A DNA stretch of 64,000 bases. Origin: Octopus bimaculoides (Eukaryota). Numbering within the stretch: the first letter of the stretch is position 1; every line of letters starts with the position of its first letter. The stretch lies in contig NC_069001.1 in the NCBI RefSeq assembly GCF_001194135.2, positions 9,915,901 to 9,979,900 of the forward strand. Direction: 5' to 3'. Under the pieces are notes generated by a model. The model made no database searches. It was not told the origin of the DNA and saw only the letters and a program-made list of their open reading frames with translations. Below, piece after piece: positions 11,150 to 23,960 of the stretch. The translations under genes were made by a program, and so were the position numbers.

Positions 11150-12297
11150 ATATAAGGATCGTGTCGTATAGCCAGCTGGAGACGGTGTCTCCTGGGACTA
11201 AATTACAGCAACATTGGTCCAAAACCAGGACTGCCATGTTATGTTGGCAAAAATCTGTACTCCATTATTTACAACGTTCCACGTTTACGAGATTAGATTT
11301 TCAAGAGATGTGCATGATCTGTTAAACTGGATATCTTGAAGTAAAATATCGAAAATTCCTTTGTTTAAATCAGTGAAGTCTGTGACTGCATTGTGCGAAT
11401 GATGTGAAGGCGGTACGTTAAGCTTAATGTTATTTCAATGTAAACTTTGGACACCTGCTCTGAAAATCCCTGTAATACTACATTAATTTAAGTTTCCTTT
11501 CCGTCTATTGTCATAATTTCCTTACAACATGGATATGCGAGTGTACGCTAGGTTTTTGTCCGGTTTGAGAGATATAGAACAATAACAACAATAACAGCAA
11601 TATAACAACAACAGCAAAAAGGAAGAACCAATTATGAAGTGCCAATATAAATGTCAGAACAAGAGAGGAAACTAATAAAGAATTCATTTAAAAATTATAT
11701 ATTAATTTAAAGCAAATATTTGATAAAAAAAATTATAAGTTCAAGTAATTATAATATTTCTTTTATCATTTATTTTTAATAACAGTTCTACGTTTTATCA
11801 ACAAATTAATTATCTTATGGATTGTTCTTTGTGTATAAAAGATATAAGTATGCAAATTTAATGTGTAAAACACATAAATATTTGATGAATTGTTTGGCTC
11901 AGGAAATTAACTTGATAATTTAAATTTGCTCTTAATAATCAAAAATAGAGAAAAATACTCTGTCGTGGAATCATTATTCGATGCGTTGGTGTTTGTAGAA
12001 AGCCAATTACATTTCTAGATGAATTACGTTCCATTGAATACATACATCTGCGCCACGATTCTTAGAATAAATGAAATAATTGAGAGACGTATTTTCTATG
12101 AAATTCATTTATTTCCATTTATAAATATTCTATACATTGTATATGGAGTGTGTAAAAGAAAAATACAAATAAAAATATTACGAGAATTAGACAAAACGAA
12201 ACCACCCATTAATAGTGTTATTACCATGAACGATTAACAAATATGTTAATATACACAGGAATATTTCTTGTTACTGGGTGTTTCAGTACACGTGCAC

Positions 12298-12340
<43 letters not shown>

Positions 12341-12979
12341 NNNNNNNNNNNNNNNNNNNNNNNNNNNNNNNNNNNNNNNNNNNNNNNNNNNNNNNNNNNN
12401 NNNNNNNNNNNNNNNNNNNNNNNNNNNNNNNNNNNNNNNNNNNNNNNNNNNNNNNNNNNNNNNNNNNNNNNNNNNNNNNNNNNNNNNNNNNNNNNNNNNN
12501 NNNNNNNNNNNNNNNNNNNNNNNNNNNNNNNNNNNNNNNNNNNNNNNNNNNNNNNNNNNNNNNNNNNNNNNNNNNNNNNNNNNNNNNNNNNNNNNNNNNN
12601 NNNNNNNNNNNNNNNNNNNNNNNNNNNNNNNNNNNNNNNNNNNNNNNNNNNNNNNNNNNNNNNNNNNNNNNNNNNNNNNNNNNNNNNNNNNNNNNNNNNN
12701 NNNNNNNNNNNNNNNNNNNNNNNNNNNNNNNNNNNNNNNNNNNNNNNNNNNNNNNNNNNNNNNNNNNNNNNNNNNNNNNNNNNNNNNNNNNNNNNNNNNN
12801 NNNNNNNNNNNNNNNNNNNNNNNNNNNNNNNNNNNNNNNNNNNNNNNNNNNNNNNNNNNNNNNNNNNNNNTATATATATATATATATATATATACACAGG
12901 GTGGAAAATAAACACCTCCCACGTTGGACTGAGCAATGTGCGGGCTGTAGTGGCGTTAGAGCGGCATGGTAGTTCTCTG

Positions 12980-13015
<36 letters not shown>

Positions 13016-13445
13016 CTATGCGCGTGACACCACTTTATGCATGTGTCTGACGTGAACCGAACTTCAAAACTGATGCAACACTGTATGATACACATTACTC
13101 CACTCATAACGGAAATCGAAAGATGGGTTGAAACGATAGTCGTACTGAATACTGAATCCATCTTCTGTTTTATTAATCGATTATTAAGACTGCGGGATTC
13201 CTGAAGAGATCTAACAGAAATATACCTTAACTACGGACGACACTAGGTAGCCCAAACCAGTCTAGCGCTTTACTCAACACTAAATTTACACAAGCAGGCA
13301 TAACAGAAAACGATGCAGAATCACTTATGAAATGATGTACATACTTATCCAAACATACATATCTTGATGCATTCATACGTCCATAAATCCCATGTATTTT
13401 ACAGGTTTTACGTATTAGGTAGCGTGGTCACTTCAAAACTACTTA

Positions 13446-13476
<31 letters not shown>

Positions 13477-13789
13477 CTGTGTATCTACGTGTGGATATTT
13501 TTATATGTATCAGAATATGTATAATAATATCATATTATAATATGATATTATAATAATATAATAATATAATATCATTGACATAAAAACTACTGTTAATTCT
13601 GTTGAATCTGCAAAAAATCCCTTTTAACACACGGCATCTTCTATCCCATGAATTTGAAATGGCACACTGTCCTGTTTTGCAATTACCAATCCCCAATATA
13701 AAGAACCGTCTGGGATCGATATAAAGGATGATATATATCTACAGAAAAAAGAAAAGAAAAAAAAAGAAAATGCGAAAAAATTCAAAGAC

Positions 13790-14310
13790 GTCGGATAATT
13801 GGGTATTATCATTAAACGGCAAGCGAATCAGGACTTGACGAAGTGCCAGCTGCGACTTCATGATAGACTATTAAAAATCTATGAGAACTGCCATCGAGAG
13901 ACGCTCAAAAGTAGACTAATTGCCTTTAAACACGAACTGCGAGCGATAAGTCAAAAGCTATTGTTATCGAAAGCAATTACAAGAAATTGCGACCATCAAC
14001 CGCAATTGTGTATTAAATCCACAAATAGTATACGACTGCAAAATTGCCATATTTTCTAAATTGTAAATGTTTCTCAGTGGGATGCTCCGGAGTCATGCTG
14101 AGTTGGGGAAGATACCGAATGAAAATGTTAGGCACAACCTGCGATAAACTAAGGTTAACTGGTGTTTGAAAAGTATACAAACATCTCCCTTTCAAACATA
14201 AAGCATTATGAACGAAACTCATGATAGAAATTGCAAAACAGAAGTGGACATCATCTTCCGTGTGCGATCTGATAGTCACTTACTGGTATGAAATATACGT
14301 TCCAGAAAAA
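13790..14310 (+). mobile_element. Degenerate R4/Dong-like fragment (pre-RT region to RT domain 0)
   Basis: RLIAFKHELRAISQKL/fs/CYRKQLQEIATINRNCVLNPQIVY and IAKQKWTSSSVCDLIVTYWYEI weakly resemble K..L.A...RL..Y......NR.F..N....Y and NWKSPG.D.I..YW.K motifs. Heavily decayed. Confidence 0.4.
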
Positions 14311-14469
14311 GGATTTCGTGAACCAGTGCTAAATATCCAGAAATACTGAATTGAACCTCTGGCATTTAGATTATTCTATCAAATGTAATGCTTATTTATT
14401 CACATTTGTTTGATTGAATCATGCCTAATCTCGTACCATTAAAATTTCGATGGTGTGATTTAACGTTTG

Positions 14470-14696
14470 TTTCTTTATTGCCCACAAGGGGCCAAACATA
14501 GAGGGGGCAAACAAGGACAGACAAAAAGATTAAGTCGATTACATCGACCCCAGTGCGTAAAATTGTACTTAATTTATCGACATCGAAAGGATGAAAGGTA
14601 AAGTCGACCTCGGCGGAATTTGAACTCAGAAAGTAACAGCAGATGAAATACCGGTAACATTTCGCCCGGCGTGCTAACGTTTCTGCCAGCTCGCCG
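14470..14696 (-). mobile_element. SINE-A1, full length
   Basis: tttctttattgcccacaagggg...gtgctaacgtttctgccagctcgcc. Confidence 0.93.
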
Positions 14697-16734
14697 ATTT
14701 GGCTACTGCCGATATGAAAAACAGAATTTCAATATAAAATTCAGCTTTAACCATATACCAGCACACGCACGAACATACAAAATACACAAACTCAAACGGT
14801 TACATACACTTATGCATTTCTAAGAATGTGCGCNNNNNNNNNNNNNNNNNNNNNNNNNNNNNNNNNNNNNNNNNNNNNNNNNNNNNNNNNNNNNNNNNNN
14901 NNNNNNNNNNNNNNNNNNNNNNNNNNNNNNNNNATATATATATATATATATATATATAGCTACATATACATATATTGTCACCTGACATCCAGCCATGACA
15001 CACTCGTCTTTATCCATATCCTCTCACATACTCTCGACATGCGACCAATTGTCAGACCAAGTTTCAGATGGCGTTCCCAGCTGAGTACTTCTTCCGACAT
15101 CCAACCAATCTGAAGTCGTGCAGTTTGATTCAAGTTGCATGCAGAATTTGTTAAAAGCCTCTGGCGCGATCACTAATTCAAAAGTGTCCTCTCTCTCTCT
15201 TTTCCCCATGCGCTCATACACCTACTCTATGTATGTGTGTGTGAGTGTGTATGCGTTTACCTTTCTATCTTCCCTTTGTAATGTGTCTCCCTTTCCTCTA
15301 CGTTACCGACTCTGCCTCTCTCTCTCTTTCACGACTGCTATTACAGACTCAAATTTCTTTCCATCTCTTCTTGCTGCCTTGGTGCTTTTAATAAGAACCG
15401 TTCAATTCCGTCCATTAAATGATACTTCGTTGTCTTTCAGAGCAGCTTCACTTTAAACTTTTGATAAAGGGCCATTACTTTTATGCGTTAAGAATTAGCA
15501 AAGCTGACACTTCTAAGTTACATATATTGTAAATCCTTGTCGNNNNNNNNNNNNNNNNNNNNNNNNNNNNNNNNNNNNNNNNNNNNNNNNNNNNNNNNNN
15601 NNNNNNNNNNNNNNNNNNNNNNNNNNNNNNNNNNNNNNNNNNNNNNNNNNNNNNNNNNNNNNNNNNNNNNNNNNNNNNNNNNNNNNNNNNNNNNNNNNNN
15701 NNNNNNNNNNNNNNNNNNNNNNNNNNNNNNNNNNNNNNNNNNNNNNNNNNNNNNNNNNNNNNNNNNNNNNNNNNNNNNNNNNNNNNNNNNNNNNNNNNNN
15801 NNNNNNNNNNNNNNNNNNNNNNNNNNNNNNNNNNNNNNNNNNNNNNNNNNNNNNNNNNNNNNNNNNNNNNNNNNNNNNNNNNNNNNNNNNNNNNNNNNNN
15901 NNNNNNNNNNNNNNNNNNNNNNNNNNNNNNNNNNNNNNNNNNNNNNNNNNNNNNNNNNNNNNNNNNNNNNNNNNNNNNNNNNNNNNNNNNNNNNNNNNNN
16001 NNNNNNNNNNNNNNNNNNNNNNNNNNNNNNNNNNNNNNNNNNNNNNNNNNNNNNNNNNNNNNNNNNNNNNNNNNNNNNNNNNNNNNNNNNNNNNNNNNNN
16101 NNNNNNNNNNNNNNNNNNNNNGCGTGTGTGTGTGTGTGTATGTGTAATGTTGACTTTGTTTGTGTTCGTGTATATCTGTGTTTTTGTGCGTGTGTGTATG
16201 TGTTTCTTTGTGTTATGTGCTCCAAGCCTCAACGTTGTGGGCGTCTAATTAAATATTGAATTGTAACTCTACTCAGAATTAAACAAATGGAAACTGATAT
16301 TTGGAACAGTGTACCAAGAACATTTATGTAGATTCACTGCAGCCTTGACAGTGAAAGCCCCTTCTTTTCCTCTTCATCTTCCTTGTTGTTGTTGCTGTTG
16401 TCGTCCTCATTATCATTATTATACTCTTCCTCATATACATCATCGTCATCGTTCTCACTTCTTCATCATAATTGTTTGAGTACAATGTCAGCAATTTGAA
16501 TAAGAGGAGGTCGTCGATGCTATTCCCCTACAGAACCAGATTNNNNNNNNNNGAAGGAAGGAACGGTTATTTTAACTCCGTAGGTTTTGAAACTAGAAGA
16601 AAAACGGGAAAGAAATACTGTACAGCATTTTGGCTGGTGTTTTAGCGCCGATCTGAATCAAACCAACTAACAGCTGCATCTGTAGGAGCAAGAAGAAGAA
16701 GAAGAAGAACAGCAGCACTAATCGTTTCTGATTC

Positions 16735-17195
16735 AAGGCGGCGAGTTGGCAGAATCGTTAGCACGCCGGGCAAAATGCTTAGCGCCAATTCATGAGTCTT
16801 TACTTTCTAAGTTCGAATTCCGCTGAGGTCGACTTTTATTTCATCCAACGGGGTACAAAATATAGGTACCAGTTTAACAGTGGGTTCAATATAATAGATT
16901 TATTTTCGCCAACCCTAAAGTTGCTGGTCTTGTTCCAATATTGAAGCAGATGTAATCTTATGGCGACACGCTGGCGGAATCGCTAGTGAAGGGGAGAAAA
17001 TGTTCAGCTGCAATTCGTCCGGCTCTACGTTCTAATTTCAAATTCCGTCGGGGGTCATCATTGCCTATCCTCCTTTAGGTGTCCACAACACAAGTACGAA
17101 TTACTGGGGTCGATGTAATCGACAAACCTTCCACTACAAAAACAAATAAACATAACGGAAAAAGAAAGCTGGCTTTGTGCCTCTAGTAGAAAGGT
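16735..17195 (+). mobile_element. Two tandem degenerate SINE-A copies (about 16735-16946 and 16960-17195)
   Basis: aaggcggcgagttggcagaatcgttagcacgccggg..gttcgaattccgctgaggtcgact; the second copy has ttcaaattccgtcggggtc..ctggggtcgatgtaatcgac. Confidence 0.8.
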
Positions 17196-17663
17196 TTAAC
17201 TTTATAATCCCTGTTACCTGACCGTTGTAAAATAGGCCAATAATCTTATTCAATCCAAAATCATATCGACCTTATGAAATGATCTTTATAATTGAAACAT
17301 CTATAAAAGCGTTCAACGTTAAAAAGGATGTCTTTGGTTAACCAAATTACTCAACGGGACGCAAATAATGATTAACCTAGGATGGGAAAATATGTTCAGT
17401 GTTAACTACATTTGTTGCTAGCTATTTTTCTATCTATACAGGTTTTACTCAATGCCTTTAGAGGAATGATCGTATATATATATGTTATAAATGTTTTAAA
17501 TTAAACAGCTGCTACGGTTAATTAAGTAACTTTTCAACTCGCTAAATTAGTTATTTGCTATTGTTATGTCGATAATTAATACGCTTTTGTTATTTTTGTC
17601 ATAGAAATTGATGTTGATTTTATCATGCGCTACCAGGTGGTTAGTCTCTATTAATAAGCTGCT

Positions 17664-17880
17664 GAGGAGGCGAGTCGGCAGAATTATTAGCAGGCCGGGC
17701 AAAAGACTGAGTGACATTTCGTACGTCGTAACGTCCTGAGTTCTAACTCCGCCAGAGTCGACTTTGCATTCCATCCGTTAGGAGGCAATAAATTAAGTAC
17801 CAGTTGCGTACTGGGATCGATCTAATCGACTGCCTCCTTCCCTAAAAATTTCGGGCCTTGTACCTAAAGTAGAAAAGAAT
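17664..17880 (+). mobile_element. SINE-A2
   Basis: aagtaccagttgcgtactgggatcgatctaatcgactg..tttcgggccttgtacctaaagtagaaaagaat. Confidence 0.9.
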
Positions 17881-18595
17881 AATCGTTATATCTTCTAGTT
17901 CCATAATTATTCCTTGACGATGAGGTAATTATAATGTCATTCTATTTCTCTTATACGAACACTACATATCGGAATCATTATCACTCAGTCATATGTAAGA
18001 ATACAAAACACCGAGGGAGTTAAAGAATAGAGGAATGCACTACTGGATGGTGTGAGAGAGAGACGGATGGAAATAAAGTTCAAAGTATGGCCATGCTATA
18101 TACGATTGACGTTACTGTGAAGCTATATTTGTGAGAAGACTTTATATAATCACGTTGCTTTATAGAACCTACATAAATCTATTCAATTAGACAGAGCTAA
18201 TTCCTTCATAGTTAATTCTTAAGTTACAGCTGAACTGGTATATTCATCGCTTCCAGCACATTCTCTATAAACATAGTTCAACTGTTGATAGTTATATGAC
18301 GAGCGACGAGTTTATAATGGAATAATAGTATTTAGTAAGCGTTAATTTATATTTCTCGCTATACTTACATGTTGCACACACAGAAATTGACGACATCAAT
18401 TATACTTTGGCAACCATGGATGTGATCACACAGAAGTCAGCATTAATTTCAGGGCATCCGCAGTTGATTAATTCCTAATCAAATTCATCCATTTGGTGTC
18501 ACCTGCTGTCAGCAGGTTCAACATCAACGATCCCCATTCGGATCTTTTCTCAACCATTCTGAAACATTCACCGTATGATAATTAGGTCCGGTAGT

Positions 18596-18984
18596 GGAGG
18601 CGCAATGGCCCAGTGGTTAGGGCAGCGGACTCGCGGTCATAGGATTACGGTTTCGATTCCCAGACCGGGCGTTGTGAGTGTATATTGAGCGAAAACACCT
18701 ATAGCTCCACGAGGATCCGGCAGGGGATGGTGGTGAACCCTGCTGTGCTCTTCCACCATAACATTCTCTCACTCTTACTTCCTGTTTCTGTTGTGCCTGT
18801 AGTTCAAAGGGTCAGCCTTGTCACACTCTGTGTCACGCTGAATATCTCCGAGAACTACGTTAAGGATACACGTGTCTGTGGAGTGCTCAGCCACTTCCAC
18901 GTTAATTTCACGAGCAGGCTGTTCCGTTGATCGGATCAACTGGAACCCGCGATGTCGTAAGCGACGGAGTGCCAACATACATAC
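18596..18984 (+). mobile_element. SINE-C1, full length
   Basis: tRNA-like head ggaggcgcaatggcccagtggttagggcagcggactcgcggtcataggattacggtttcgattccc (A box tggcccagtgg, B box ggtttcgattccc). Ends gacggagtgccaac plus a short (acat)n tail. Confidence 0.9.
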
Positions 18985-19225
18985 AGTAAGGTGCTGTCCT
19001 TGATCTGATCAAAGCAGTTTCATCTACTTCATCCTCTCAAGTGTTTGCTTTTTACTTTTTCCTTCTAGTGCTATTCTTTGAAAACCTTGAGCTCTTATGT
19101 GACTATAGTATTTTAGTATCTTTGGTTTGATAATTGGGAGCAACGATCATTTTGTATTTGCTAGCTGTAGCAGTACTTCTTTGTGTATGTACAGATACTG
19201 GAGTTCCTTCAATCAATTTCACGAC

Positions 19226-19421
19226 TGCTCCGTCGGTTACGACGATGTGTGTTCCAGTTCGTCATATGAAGAGAACAGCCTGCACGTGAAGTTACCTTGC
19301 ATTCCACAGCATACCAAAGACTCACGTACACTAAACGTAGCTGAGAGGTAGTTTCAGCGTGACACAGACACTGTGACAAGGCTGGTCCAGGAATCGAACT
19401 CACTACCTCATGATTGTGGCC
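19226..19421 (-). mobile_element. SINE-C1 with large internal deletion, convergent to the 18596 copy
   Basis: On the minus strand the B-box gagttcgattcctggacc joins directly to agccttgtcaca..tgtgtcacgctgaa..gcaggctgttc..aactggaac..gtcgtaaccgacggag. Confidence 0.75.
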
Positions 19422-20097
19422 CTTTGAATTACAGGTAAAAATATCTATTATCCAATGTGACTAGATAAGACTACAATATTTATTCTCGGTTGTATTCGAT
19501 AAAGTACATCAGTCTCTGATGTATCAAAAGCTTCAAGGACGTAGGACTTAATTTGAGTGTGATATGGCTGTTAATATCAAGGGTTGGAGTTAAGCTTAGA
19601 GCCTTCCTTAAAAGCCTTATGAGATGTAGATGTCTGTAGATATTTGACTGTTATTTGTACAAAACTCATAGGCTAATAAGAGCTTTCTGCAAAGGGAGCT
19701 AATTAATGTGAGCTAGTGAAAATAAATTGATTGTTTTGAGTACTGTTTAAACGAGAGTTACACTAATGAGATATATTGCATAAGCTATACTATAACGTGG
19801 AATAATGCAGTTTGAAGCGGCGTAGAAATAGGTGAGGTATATGAGAGTTATTTACACCGATTTATTAGAATGAGAGCTAATGTAATCAGAGTCAGCGTAA
19901 TTGTAAAATAAGCTGTTGAAATGTGTTATGTTAATGAGAAATACTCCGAGTAAATTTAGTGCAACGAATGGTATTGCTATGAGGTCTTGCATTCAATATT
20001 ACTGTGATAATGTTAATTGAAATAAAACAAAAAAAAATAGTGATTTTGATAGCTACTCTAATGAAAGTTTTTTTCAGCCCAGTGAAGTCTAGTGAAT

Positions 20098-20685
20098 AAT
20101 ATTCTTTTCTACATTAGGCACAAGACCCGAAATTTTGGGGAGGAGGCCAGTCGATTAGATCGACCCAGTACGCAACTGGTACNNNNNNNNNNNNNNNNNN
20201 NNNNNNNNNNNNNNNNNNNNNNNNNNNNNNNNNNNNNNNNNNNNNNNNNNNNNNNNNNNNNNNNNNNNNNNNNNNNNNNNNNNNNNNNNNNNNNNNNNNN
20301 NNNNNNNNNNNNNNNNNNNNNNNNNNNNNNNNNNNNNNNNNNNNNNNNNNNNNNNNNNNNNNNNNNNNNNNNNNNNNNNNNNNNNNNNNNNNNNNNNNNN
20401 NNNNNNNNNNNNNNNNNNNNNNNNNNNNNNNNNNNNNNNNNNNNNNNNNNNNNNNNNNNNNNNNNNNNNNNNNNNNNNNNNNNNNNNNNNNNNNNNNNNN
20501 NNNNNNNNNNNNNNNNNNNNNNNNNNNNNNNNNNNNNNNNNNNNNNNNNNNNNNNNNNNNNNNNNNNNNNNNNNNNNNNNNNNNNNNNNNNNNNNNNNNN
20601 NNNNNNNNNNNNNNNNNNNNNNNNNNNNNNNNNNNNNNNGGGGGGGCAGTCGATTAGATCGACCCAGTATGCAAGTGGTACTTAA
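20098..20685 (-). mobile_element. SINE-A2 3' fragments on both sides of an assembly gap (20098-20182 and 20640-20685)
   Basis: cagtcgattagatcgacccagta(c/t)gcaa(c/g)tggtac occurs on each side of the N-run. Confidence 0.8.
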
Positions 20686-23459
20686 GTTACCGCCGCATTT
20701 CTAGTGTTTAATATTATAAGGTGTATTTTTGCTCGTGGTGAAATATATTTTAATGACAGTTAATATAACAGTAGATATTTCCATATGTTTTATAGTAAAA
20801 CATAATGAATTTTTATGAGAGTTGCTATAAAAATGTGTCTGTTGCAGGAAGAGATATCTATGTATGTCTGTTGTAGGAAGAGCCGCAGTTGTAGTAATCA
20901 TTACAATGGGACATTGGAATTTAAGCTATTGCAACACGGAATGTTTCAATAATCATTATTGTAATGACAGCTATTATAATGACTGTTATTGTAATATTTT
21001 TTGCTATGATAGTTATTGTAGTAAGATTACTATAATGTGTAATATTCTAAGAAATATCCTAATGAATATTATTGCATTCAGCGACATTATAAGGAAAGCT
21101 ATAGTTACCGTAGGAAGTGTAATTAAATATATTATATAACAGATATATTTTGTAATGTGAATTATTATAAAGAGACCTATGGTAATGACAGTCAGGGAAT
21201 GAGAGATGTTGTAATGATAGATATTATATTTTAATGCGATGATTATAATTAGAGTTATTCAAGTAAGTGATATTGTAATGAGTGTTACTGATATCTCTTC
21301 TGTTCTCAAGAGATTTATGTTAATGAGTTGTAATGGAAGTAATTGTAATGATAGCGACTACAATATTACTTTAGAGTAGCGAGAGTTTTTTCAGGAGAGT
21401 TTATGCAATAATATCTATTAAAGTGAGTGTCACTGAAATGTGTGTTTTTGGAGGATTGTGTTATTAGGTTACTTGTTATAATAACTAATATAATCGAAGA
21501 TATAGCAACGAGAGATTTTGGTATAAGCGTTGTGTAATGAATTGTGTTATAAAAGGAACTAACGTAATGAATGCTGTTATAGATTTATTACAGTGATAGA
21601 TGTTATAGGTGCAATACAGTTGGTGTTTAAAATATGTTGCTATGGTAGCTACTTTTAGGAGAGATAGCGCAACAGCGGTTATGAAAAGAAAAGAATAAGT
21701 GCAATAAATGTTATTGTGGGAATGTTTTAAGAAACTTGCTGAAATATGAAAAGAAGAACAAAAACTTTTGTTCATTAAGCTAAAGTACTGAAACCAATGT
21801 AATGAAACTTGCGCCAATTCCAGTCATTATTCTGGCGTGGTAGCGTGTGCGTCGCAATGATGTTAAGAGTTATTCGTACAAAGCGCAAGCTCTTATGAAG
21901 GCCTCCCATACTGGAAAGATAAAATGATAGAGACCAGACTAATATGGAACTCCTGTTCGCAAAGGTAACAAGTGTTTTGATTTGGGCGAAAATCTAAACT
22001 TTGAAAAAATTCAAGTTACAGTAGAATCGAAATAATTCAAAATCAGTCAAATCTGGGAGGGGAATGTCGTACCCCAGGAAAGCATACAACACGTCAGGCC
22101 CTCTGAAAGAGAAAGGTGAAAGCGAAGAAACACTAGAAATCGTTGTAGGTGGAATACTGAGGTAAGCCTTTGGGAGAGGGAAAATAACAAGATAGATGCC
22201 AAAATTTAGCCCAGTGTCGAGTATGGAGGAAAAAATTCATCGACGACCTATTCTCTTGATAGTGCGAAGGGTTTATGTAAGTAATGTTATAAGAAGTTTG
22301 TAATAAAAGTTATTTTAATGTGCTGTATTACAAACATATAAACTAGTGGATGCTATTCATTTGAGGTGTATTGTAAGAAGTTCCATTATCGAGAGAGATA
22401 ATGCAACGCTGGTTATTTAATAAGAGTTAATACAATGATATTGTATTATATGATATTTTATCTTGAGATATTGCTGTAAGAATTGTTTTAATGAAAGTTA
22501 TTTTAATAATCGCTATTCTAATTGTAATTATCACCATTGTGAGAAGGCCTGTGATGAGAGTTATTGCAATTTGCGATCTTATGATGAGAATGAATTGCAA
22601 ACAGAGCGCTAATTGTGAGAATAAATAGTAATGAAAATGAGTTGGAATCAGTGTGTAAATATAGAGAACTAATATGCACGAACTATGAGAATGAGGCGCG
22701 AAAGAGAGTTATTGTAAAGTGAAATCATTGTAACCATAACTAGTCTATGGGTGATATTATAGTAATGATAACTAGTGTAATGGTGGCTATTGCAATAACT
22801 CTTAATGTTGAAGTATCATTGAAAGGGGAGTTGTTGGAATAAATGTTATCGTAAGAGGATTTTGTAATGAAAGATGTACTAATAGTGTTTATAAGTGTTG
22901 ATGTATTGAGGATTGTTGTAATGATACCAACTGTAATAAAACAATTATTTAGTGATATTTATTGCAATGTGCTATCGTAATGAATAAGTTTGTAGAGAGA
23001 GCTGCGTATCTGAGAAATCATGTAGTGAAACTTATGGTAATGATAATTTATATAATGAGAACATCATGAAAGGATTTATTGGGAGAAGAAAATTGGATTG
23101 AGACAACTTTTAATTAGAGTTATTTAATTCGGAATTCTTTTTGTAAGAGTTTACGTATAAGAGGTATTTTAAAGATGTCTCCTGTAATGACAATTATTAT
23201 AACATGAGTTATTGTAATGAGAGCTATGCGCACTGAAAGCTAATTAGTGCGAGCTAGTGAAAATAAATTGATCTGAGTGCTGTTTACATGAGAGCTGCTG
23301 TAATGAGATATTTTGCATAAGCGATATTGTAATGAGGGATATTGAAAGTTGAAATATTATAATGTAAGTTATAATCATGTGAGTTTTATAATGAACATTA
23401 TTATAATTGATTATGATAATGAGAGCCGTTGCATGAACAGTTGTCGTTTATGAGAATAC

Positions 23460-23727
23460 ACCGGGCTGCGTGTTGTGTTCTTGAGCAAGACACTTTATTT
23501 CACGTTGCTCCAGCTCACTCAGATGTAGAAATGAGTTGCGACGTCACAGATGCCAAGCTGTATCGGCCCCTTTGCCTTTCCCTTGGATAACATCAGTGCC
23601 GTAGAGAGCAGAGGTTGGTATGCATGGGCGAGTTCTGGTCTTCCATAAACAACCTTGTCCGGACTTGTGTCTTGGAGGGTAACTTTCTAGCAGCAATCCC
23701 ATGGTCATTCGTGACCGAAGGGGGTCT
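23460..23727 (+). mobile_element. SINE-D (CORE-like domain), head missing
   Basis: gtgttgtgttcttgagcaagacactttatttcacgttgctccag..cactcag resembles the CORE-SINE domain (tgtgaccttgggcaagtcact). Its 3' part is distinct and ends gaccgaagggggtct. Confidence 0.65.
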
Positions 23728-23819
23728 CCGCACTGCAATAAACATTATCGTACCTTGAGTTATGCACTGAATGTTGTACTAACAAGATTTCTTATAATTA
23801 ATAATATTTTGATAGTGCA

Positions 23820-23960
23820 AAGCGGCGAGCTGCGAGGATCGTTAGTATCCCGGATAAAGTGCTAAGCGGCATTTCGTCTGTTCTTACGTTCTGAGGTAAA
23901 ATCCAGCCAGGGTCGACATTGCTTTTCAACCAACTGAGATCAATAAAATAAGTGCCAGTT
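23820..23960 (+). mobile_element. Degenerate SINE-A
   Basis: agcggcgagctg..atcgttag..gctaagcggcatttcgtctg..acgttctgag..ggtcgac..aagtgccagtta. Confidence 0.75.

Noticed and set aside
18501-18517. Perfect 8+1+8 palindrome acctgctg-t-cagcaggt, and small palindromes near 61333-61355
   Set aside because: Short palindromes of this size can arise by chance in 64 kb, and no functional context is visible.
20098-20685. Near-identical SINE segments on both sides of a gap, suggesting a tandem array
   Set aside because: Cannot be distinguished from allelic haplotypes or a mis-joined repeat at a scaffold gap.
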